Below, one piece after another: positions 58,526-64,000 of a stretch of 64,000 nucleotides of DNA. The translations under genes and the position numbers were made by a program. The first letter of the stretch is position 1; every line of letters begins with the position of its first letter. The notes below the pieces were generated by a model. That model was not told the origin of the DNA, did no database searches, and worked only from the letters and a program-made list of their open reading frames with translations. The DNA comes from Bdellovibrionales bacterium (GTDB taxonomy: Bacteria; Pseudomonadota; Alphaproteobacteria; UBA9219), in assembly GCA_040275305.1 (NCBI GenBank), contig JBEOJY010000001.1, positions 78,858-142,857 on the forward strand, read 5' to 3'.

Positions 58526-59413
58526 TCAGCCGGCTTTTTCTTCGTTCAGCAGGCGCAGGATGTATTGTCCGTAGCCGCTTTTGGCCATGGGTTGGGCCAG
58601 ACGTTCGAGCTGTTCCGCGCTTATGAAGCCTCGGCGGAACGCTACTTCCTCAGGACAGGCGATTTTCAGGCCTTGCCGCTTTTCAATGGTTCTCACGAAT
58701 AAGCCCGCGTCCATCAGACTGTCATGCGTCCCGGTGTCTAGCCATGCGTAGCCGCGCCCCATGATTTCGACGTTGAGCTGGCCTCGTCGCATGTAGTGGC
58801 GGTTTACGTCGGTGATTTCCAGTTCGCCACGCGCTGAGGGCTTGAGGTTCTTTGCGATATCGACGACTTGGTTGTCATAAAAATATAGACCAGTCACGGC
58901 GTAGTTGCTTTGCGGATTAGCTGGCTTTTCTTCCAAAGAGATGGCGTGGCCATCCTTGTCGAAGGAGACGACACCATAGCGCTCCGGGTCCTGCACACGG
59001 TAGGCGAAGACGGTTGCGCCGCTTTTGCGCGCGTTAGCATGCTCGGTGCGCATCGGCAGGTCGTTGCCGTAGAAGATATTGTCGCCCAACACAAGGGCGC
59101 TTGGCGCGTCGCCAAGGAAGTCTTGCGCGATCAGGAAGGCTTGCGCGAGGCCGTCGGGGCTAGGCTGCACAGCGTACTGAAAGTTCATGCCCCATGGGTT
59201 TCCATCGCCCAACAATTGCTCGAAGCGCGGCGTGTCCTGCGGCGTCGAGATAATCAGGATGTCGCGCAGACCCGCCAGCATCAGGACGCTGAGAGGATAA
59301 TAAATTAATGGCTTATCGAAGACCGGCAGCAACTGCTTGGAGACCGCCATGGTCAGGGGATAGAGCCTCGTGCCGGAGCCTCCGGCGAGGACGATGCCTT
59401 TGCGTGCAAGCAT
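58526..59413 (-). CDS. rfbA: Glucose-1-phosphate thymidylyltransferase
   Basis: [16 protein letters not shown], typical RmlA. Confidence 0.92.
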   Translation of the reverse strand: MLARKGIVLAGGSGTRLYPLTMAVSKQLLPVFDKPLIYYPLSVLMLAGLRDILIISTPQDTPRFEQLLGDGNPWGMNFQYAVQPSPDGLAQAFLIAQDFLGDAPSALVLGDNIFYGNDLPMRTEHANARKSGATVFAYRVQDPERYGVVSFDKDGHAISLEEKPANPQSNYAVTGLYFYDNQVVDIAKNLKPSARGELEITDVNRHYMRRGQLNVEIMGRGYAWLDTGTHDSLMDAGLFVRTIEKRQGLKIACPEEVAFRRGFISAEQLERLAQPMAKSGYGQYILRLLNEEKAG

Positions 59414-59526
59414 AATTTTTACCAATTGCCTGTTTCTGGCCGCTTTACTGTGTTGGGACGTTGCTGTGTCGCCCGCATTTCTGATAGAGTGTGGCCTATC
59501 TCTTTCATGAAAGACGTGCCAGACAA

Positions 59527-60084
59527 ATGCTTGCGGTTCAAGAATTATCCATTCCCGGCGTCAAGTTGGTCCGGCCTAGGGTTTTCGATGACCCTCGCGG
59601 CACGATGACCGAGGTCGCGCACGATGCGCGGTTTCGCGAGTTGGGATTCCCGGATTTTGTGCAGGAAAATCAATCTTTTTCGAGGCTTCGCGGCACGATT
59701 AGGGGTATGCATTTCCAGAAACCGCCACAGGCGCAAGCCAAGCTGGTGAGGGTTTTACGAGGCCAGATTTTCGATGTCGCGGTTGATGTGCGGCCACAAT
59801 CGGCGAGTTTTGGGCGGCATGCGGTGGCGATGCTATCGGAAGACGAGCTGGCGTGGCTTTATGTTCCCGAAGGCTTCGCGCATGGGTTTTGCACGCTGAC
59901 GAAGGATGTTCAGGTTCTGTACAAGGTTTCTTCCTACTATGCGCCGGGCAGCGAGTGCGGCATGCGTTGGAATGATCCGGCGCTGGGGATTGATTGGCCG
60001 ATTTCCCCGTCAGAGGCGGTTTTATCGGATAAGGACATGCAATTGCCATTGTTCAAGGATCTTCCGGCGGTCATTTGGGGTTAA
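59527..60084 (+). CDS. rfbC: dTDP-4-dehydrorhamnose 3,5-epimerase
   Basis: DDPRG...F.E...[14 protein letters not shown]. RmlC cupin. Confidence 0.9.
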   Translation: MLAVQELSIPGVKLVRPRVFDDPRGTMTEVAHDARFRELGFPDFVQENQSFSRLRGTIRGMHFQKPPQAQAKLVRVLRGQIFDVAVDVRPQSASFGRHAVAMLSEDELAWLYVPEGFAHGFCTLTKDVQVLYKVSSYYAPGSECGMRWNDPALGIDWPISPSEAVLSDKDMQLPLFKDLPAVIWG

Positions 60085-60118
60085 TTGTTACGCAGTTGAT
60101 TTCATAGGGTGTATTGCG

Positions 60119-61222
60119 ATGGTTGAGACTCATCATAGCAACAGAGTGCTGGTGACGGGATGCGCGGGATTTATCGGCGCGAATTTTGTTCATCACTTTT
60201 TGGGGCGCACGCGTGGCGGTGGCGCGGTGGTGGGGCTGGATAAGCTGACCTACGCTGGGTGTCTCAAGAATTTGGAGAGCCTTGAGGGCGATGCGCGGTT
60301 TGCCTTCGCGCGCGGCGATATCGGCGACGTTGCGCTTGTGAGGAGCTTGCTTGAGAAGCATAAGCCAGCGGCGATCATCAATTTCGCCGCCGAGTCGCAT
60401 GTTGATCGCTCGATCCATGCGCCGGAAGCGTTCATCGAAACGAATGTGGCGGGGACGTTCCGGCTGCTTGAGGCAGTGAAGGCGTATTGGGTTGGGTTGG
60501 AGGGCGAAGAGAAAGCGCAGTTTCGTTTTCTGCATATTTCGACCGACGAGGTCTATGGTTCGCTGGGGCCGAACGACCCCGCTTTTACCGAAGAGAATCC
60601 CGCGCGGCCCAACAGCCCTTATGCGGCGTCAAAGGCGAGCTCAGATCATCTTGCGCGGGCGTATCACCACACTTATGGGTTGCCTACTTTGACGACGAAT
60701 TGCTCGAACAATTATGGGCCGTACCAGTTCCCTGAAAAGCTAATTCCGCTCATGATTCACCATGCGCTTGCAGGCAAGAAATTGCCGGTTTATGGCGACG
60801 GGCAGAATGTACGCGACTGGCTTTTCGTTGAAGATCATTGCGTGGCGATTATGCGTGTGCTGGAAGCGGGGCGCGTGGGAGAGGTCTATAATGTTGGTGG
60901 GCGCAACGAGGTCAAGAATCTCGATGTCGTGCATACGCTTTGCGATATTCTGGACCGTTTAAGGCCTCGCGCGGAGGGTGGTTCGTACCGTGAGCAAATT
61001 ACCTTTGTCATGGATCGTCCGGGGCATGACAGGCGCTATGCGATTAATGCCGACAAGATTGCGGCGGAGCTTGGCTGGAAACCTGCGGAGACTTTCACAA
61101 CAGGGTTCGAGAAGTCGGTGCGCTGGTATTTGGAGCATGAAGACTGGGTTGCGCATGTCACATCTGGCGCATATCGCCAGTGGATGGAGACGAATTACGA
61201 AGGACGTGTAGCGCGGGCGTGA
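60119..61222 (+). CDS. rfbB: dTDP-glucose 4,6-dehydratase
   Basis: VLVTGCAGFIG, YAASK, extended-SDR RmlB motifs. Confidence 0.93.
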   Translation: MVETHHSNRVLVTGCAGFIGANFVHHFLGRTRGGGAVVGLDKLTYAGCLKNLESLEGDARFAFARGDIGDVALVRSLLEKHKPAAIINFAAESHVDRSIHAPEAFIETNVAGTFRLLEAVKAYWVGLEGEEKAQFRFLHISTDEVYGSLGPNDPAFTEENPARPNSPYAASKASSDHLARAYHHTYGLPTLTTNCSNNYGPYQFPEKLIPLMIHHALAGKKLPVYGDGQNVRDWLFVEDHCVAIMRVLEAGRVGEVYNVGGRNEVKNLDVVHTLCDILDRLRPRAEGGSYREQITFVMDRPGHDRRYAINADKIAAELGWKPAETFTTGFEKSVRWYLEHEDWVAHVTSGAYRQWMETNYEGRVARA

Positions 61223-61349
61223 GATATTTTTAGCTCGCTGCCGCTTGCGGATGGATGCCGGATCAAGTCCCGCATGACGTGGAGAGTGCAATCGTCAGAA
61301 ATCGTAGTTGTGCCTTGGGGGGGATTCCATGGGGACCGTGCCAGTTCAG

Positions 61350-62072
61350 CTATGCTGGCGGTCTTTCGATTTCGGTGACGGTTCCGTGCTCAAGGCGGAA
61401 GAAGCGGTTGCAATAATCGCGCACGAGTTTGTTGTCGTGCGAGGCGAAGACGAAGATTCCAACCGAGCGGATCAATTCTTCCATGCGTTGTTTGGCCTTG
61501 ACCTGAAACTCGGCGTCTCCGGTGCCGAACATTTCATCCACAAGTAGGATATCGGGCTTGGTCGAGGTCGCGACGGCGAACATCAGGCGCGTGGCCATAC
61601 CGCTTGAATAGGTGCGGACGGGCAGTTCGAGAAATTCCCCCAGCTGTGTGAATTCCTCGATTTCTTTCGCGTTACGTTTGATTTCCGCATTCGACAAGCC
61701 CAGAAGCTTTGACATGCGGATGATGTTCTCGTAGCCGGATAGCTCCATATCCATTCCGGTTCCAAGCTCTAGTACGGTCGCTACCCTTCCTGTGCGTTCT
61801 ACCCGGCCTTCCATGGGGGCGTAGACTCCGGCCATGGTGCGCAGCATTGTGCTTTTGCCCGCGCCATTGTGTCCTATCAGGCCAACAGTGTCGCCTTCGC
61901 GCAGCGTGAAGCTGACATTCTTCAGCGCGGTGACGAGGCGGATGTTTCCGGCGTCTTCTTCGATGCGGCCGCCTGTGCTGATGCGCACGAGGTGGTTGCG
62001 CAGGGACATGCTGCGGCTGTTGTAGATCGGGTAACGGATGGTTACGTTGTCGAAGGCGAGATGCGCGCTCAT
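61350..62072 (-). CDS. ABC transporter ATPase for polysaccharide export (Wzt/KpsT/TagH-like)
   Basis: GHNGAGKST, YSSGMATRL, LLVDE. Confidence 0.85.
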   Translation of the reverse strand: MSAHLAFDNVTIRYPIYNSRSMSLRNHLVRISTGGRIEEDAGNIRLVTALKNVSFTLREGDTVGLIGHNGAGKSTMLRTMAGVYAPMEGRVERTGRVATVLELGTGMDMELSGYENIIRMSKLLGLSNAEIKRNAKEIEEFTQLGEFLELPVRTYSSGMATRLMFAVATSTKPDILLVDEMFGTGDAEFQVKAKQRMEELIRSVGIFVFASHDNKLVRDYCNRFFRLEHGTVTEIERPPA

Positions 62073-62089
62073 GTTCGGTTCCGCCTATC

Positions 62090-62872
62090 CTATACCCAGA
62101 ATGCAATGCGCTTGCATTTGGCGTTGAACATCGCAAGCGCCAAAGCTCCGCCGATTAGCAGCATGCCGCCATTGACGGCGTAGAGAAACCACGGAGTCGG
62201 TTCGCCGAGAAGCGGCGACCTGATGATTTCGATCATGTTGGCTAGCGGATTGAGCCATATATATTTTCCGGAAAAAGGCAGCGCGTTCGGGCGGTACAAC
62301 ACGGGGCTTAGGAACATCAGGAGCGGCAAGATCATGGCGACCAGATATTCGAAGTCGCGGAATCTTGCGCCCATCATGCCGAAGATCAGAGAAATCCAGA
62401 ATAGATTGCCTACGACCAACAAAAAGCCGGGAATTACCATCAGCGTGTTCAAGTTGATTGGCGAACCAAGAATCAGGGCCACAATAAAGAATAGAGGAAC
62501 ATTGTGCGCGATGTTGATTGTGTGGCGCAAAGCTAGCTGGGCGACATGCAGAGAGAGCGGCAGGTCGAGATTTTTGATGATGTTCGCCTGTCGCGTGAAG
62601 ACAGAGGTTGATTCGGCGATGCAGGAAGCCATGAACTGCCAGAGAATCAGGCCGGCCGTCAGCGAGGGTATGTAGGTCGCTTTGTCTTGTTTGAACAGTT
62701 CGCTCCAAATGAAGCCCAAGCCGACGACGCCGAAGGCGGTTCCTATCGTGATCCATAGCGGGCCTAGCACGCTGCGTTTATAGCGCGCACGAATGTCGCT
62801 CCAAGCCATGTACAGGATCAGGCTTGGGTTCTTGAAGGTTTTTATGATGTCAGACAGACCGGGAGCACTCAT
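62090..62872 (-). CDS. ABC-2 type permease (Wzm/KpsM-like)
   Basis: 6 TM helices; ABC-2 signature region. Start MSAPGLSDIIKTF. Confidence 0.8.
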   Translation of the reverse strand: MSAPGLSDIIKTFKNPSLILYMAWSDIRARYKRSVLGPLWITIGTAFGVVGLGFIWSELFKQDKATYIPSLTAGLILWQFMASCIAESTSVFTRQANIIKNLDLPLSLHVAQLALRHTINIAHNVPLFFIVALILGSPINLNTLMVIPGFLLVVGNLFWISLIFGMMGARFRDFEYLVAMILPLLMFLSPVLYRPNALPFSGKYIWLNPLANMIEIIRSPLLGEPTPWFLYAVNGGMLLIGGALALAMFNAKCKRIAFWV

Positions 62873-62964
62873 TAGCGCTGGGTTCCTTGGAAAACGGGTA
62901 GTCTCCATTACCCGAAAATGACGCGAGAGGCAATTCGTTCGCCTTATGTTCCGTTTGGGGTGTT

Positions 62965-63843
62965 TTATTTATGACGCAGGCGCCAGCCCACGCATTTAAG
63001 AGCGGCGCGGAGCCAGATGGCGGGCAGGAGGAAAGTGAGAAGCGGGATGTCGCGCGGGCTTGAGAAATTGTTGAGAAAATAGCGGGTGAAGCCTTTCGCT
63101 TTACAGATTTCGAGGAATGTCGATGTGGCTTCGCTGGTGCCGCCAACATGGGTCATCGCGATATCTGGCGCGAAGTAAATTTCTCCTCCTGCGCGGCGGA
63201 AACGCAAGCAGAGGTCGAGGTCTTCAACATGCAAAAAATAGCCTTCGTCGTAGCCGCCGATGGCCCAGTAGTCTTTTGCGCACAGAAACATGAAGGCGCC
63301 GCTGATCGCGGGGATCGGGGCGATAGATGCAGGAATTGGCTCTTCGTGCAGGTTGAGGCGCAAGCGGGGGAACAGGCGGTGCATGCGCAGGGCTTCGATG
63401 CTGGCCGAGAGGGGGGTTAGTAGCGCGCGGCGGCTTCCGCGCTGGTCGCGTCCCTGTTCGTCCAGAAGCCTTGCGCCGATCATGGCGGGCTGTTTGAGGT
63501 CGCTTTCCCGCATATGGGTCAGCAGGCGGTCAATGGTGTTCGGTTTCAGCAGTCCGTCGGGGTTCAACAACAAAAGATATTTTCCTTTGGCCGCCTTCGC
63601 GCCGAGATTGCAGGCGGTTGCGAAGCCGACGTTGCCATGGCTGGAGAGCCAGACCATGCGCGGCTCGGTTTTCGCGCGCGCCGCAAGCTTTAATTCCACA
63701 TCGGGAGGATTGCCATTGTTGACGAGCACGAGTTCTACCGACGCGGTCGAACCCAGCACAGCGGCTATCGCCCTTTCTAGTACCTCCCCGGTGTGGTAGG
63801 TGACCATGACGACAGAAGTTAAGGGCGCCTCTGGCGGCATCAT
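62965..63843 (-). CDS. Glycosyltransferase family 2
   Basis: VVMVTYHTGE, NPDGLL, VEDLDLC (DxD). Confidence 0.8.
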   Translation of the reverse strand: MMPPEAPLTSVVMVTYHTGEVLERAIAAVLGSTASVELVLVNNGNPPDVELKLAARAKTEPRMVWLSSHGNVGFATACNLGAKAAKGKYLLLLNPDGLLKPNTIDRLLTHMRESDLKQPAMIGARLLDEQGRDQRGSRRALLTPLSASIEALRMHRLFPRLRLNLHEEPIPASIAPIPAISGAFMFLCAKDYWAIGGYDEGYFLHVEDLDLCLRFRRAGGEIYFAPDIAMTHVGGTSEATSTFLEICKAKGFTRYFLNNFSSPRDIPLLTFLLPAIWLRAALKCVGWRLRHK

Positions 63844-64000
63844 TTGGGTTCGCCGTCCGTTTTATATTTCTTCTTCGTGGTCGCTTCCTTCAGTTCCGCG
63901 AGTTTCGCGAAGGGACCTTCGACGACGGTGTTTTCGGCGCTCGGATCGGCGGATATGGCCCGCACGTATGGTATGTTCGGCTTGCGTGGGTAGGGGTCGA
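63839..64000 (-). CDS. Hypothetical protein, C-terminal fragment; stop overlaps the ATG of the GT2 gene
   Basis: Reverse frame ...DPYPRKPNIPYVRAISADPSAENTVVEGPFAKLAELKEATTKKKYKTDGEPK*. AAATGATG overlap. Confidence 0.35.

Noticed and set aside
1-64000. CRISPR arrays, rRNA, transposase/integrase genes
   Set aside because: No regularly spaced direct repeats, no rRNA-like conserved segments and no recognisable transposase or integrase ORF were seen. The repeats present are palindromic MITE-like elements, not CRISPR repeats.

Overview
This 64 kb window is high-GC (~58-60%) and looks alphaproteobacterial. Synteny and sequence support this: gapR, cpdR, a ZitP-like Zn-ribbon gene, the rpoZ-spoT pair, a two-copy-type gltX, and an alpha-type LexA box (GAAC-N7-GAAC).

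About two thirds is a housekeeping backbone:
- trmJ-like, folB and an SDR gene in one overlapping operon
- ilvA, cysS, gltX, miaB, map, ccmA
- the 1663-aa NAD-glutamate dehydrogenase
- radC, proC, tmk, a PBP5-type carboxypeptidase, rlpA, mltB
- ftsE, galU, leuD, lexA, xthA, spoT, rpoZ
- cybB-yceI, tRNA-Arg(ACG) and tRNA-Val(CAC)

The backbone is peppered with at least six families of short, palindromic, MITE-like interspersed repeats. Several are fused into gene ends, supplying start codons, C-terminal tails or 5' insertions.

Three regions stand out.

1. A ~14.5 kb locus directly downstream of tRNA-Val (49.4-64 kb). Its core (about 50.4-58.5 kb) is visibly lower in GC. It encodes an ABC-transporter-dependent glycan pathway: Wzm/Wzt, rmlA/C/B without rmlD in the window, and three glycosyltransferases. 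It also carries a three-part polyprenyl-phosphate-sugar periplasmic glycosylation module: a DPM1-like GT2, a flippase-like membrane protein and a GT-C-like membrane protein. Alongside sits an unusual precursor-synthesis cassette: a KdsC-like HAD phosphatase, a GatZ/KbaZ-like TIM-barrel protein, a cupin, a SAM methyltransferase, and a fused nucleotidyltransferase plus APH/choline-kinase-like protein (LicCA- or MurU/AmgK-like). This is the best candidate for an undescribed system.

2. An orphan trio at 13.0-15.9 kb: a chorismatase-like protein with tandem YjgF folds (FkbO/Hyg5/XanB2-like), divergently paired with a NodF/NodE-like ACP and KAS-II ketosynthase. An AT-rich island lies next to it.

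3. A small SD-driven, terminator-flanked ORF of 83 aa with a Cys/Gly-rich tail (10.7-10.95 kb). It is convergent with two paralogous 2OG-Fe(II)-oxygenase-like genes that are interleaved with MITEs.

There is no CRISPR array and no rRNA. No transposase or integrase ORF was seen. All calls are from reading the sequence and six-frame translations. No database search was possible.
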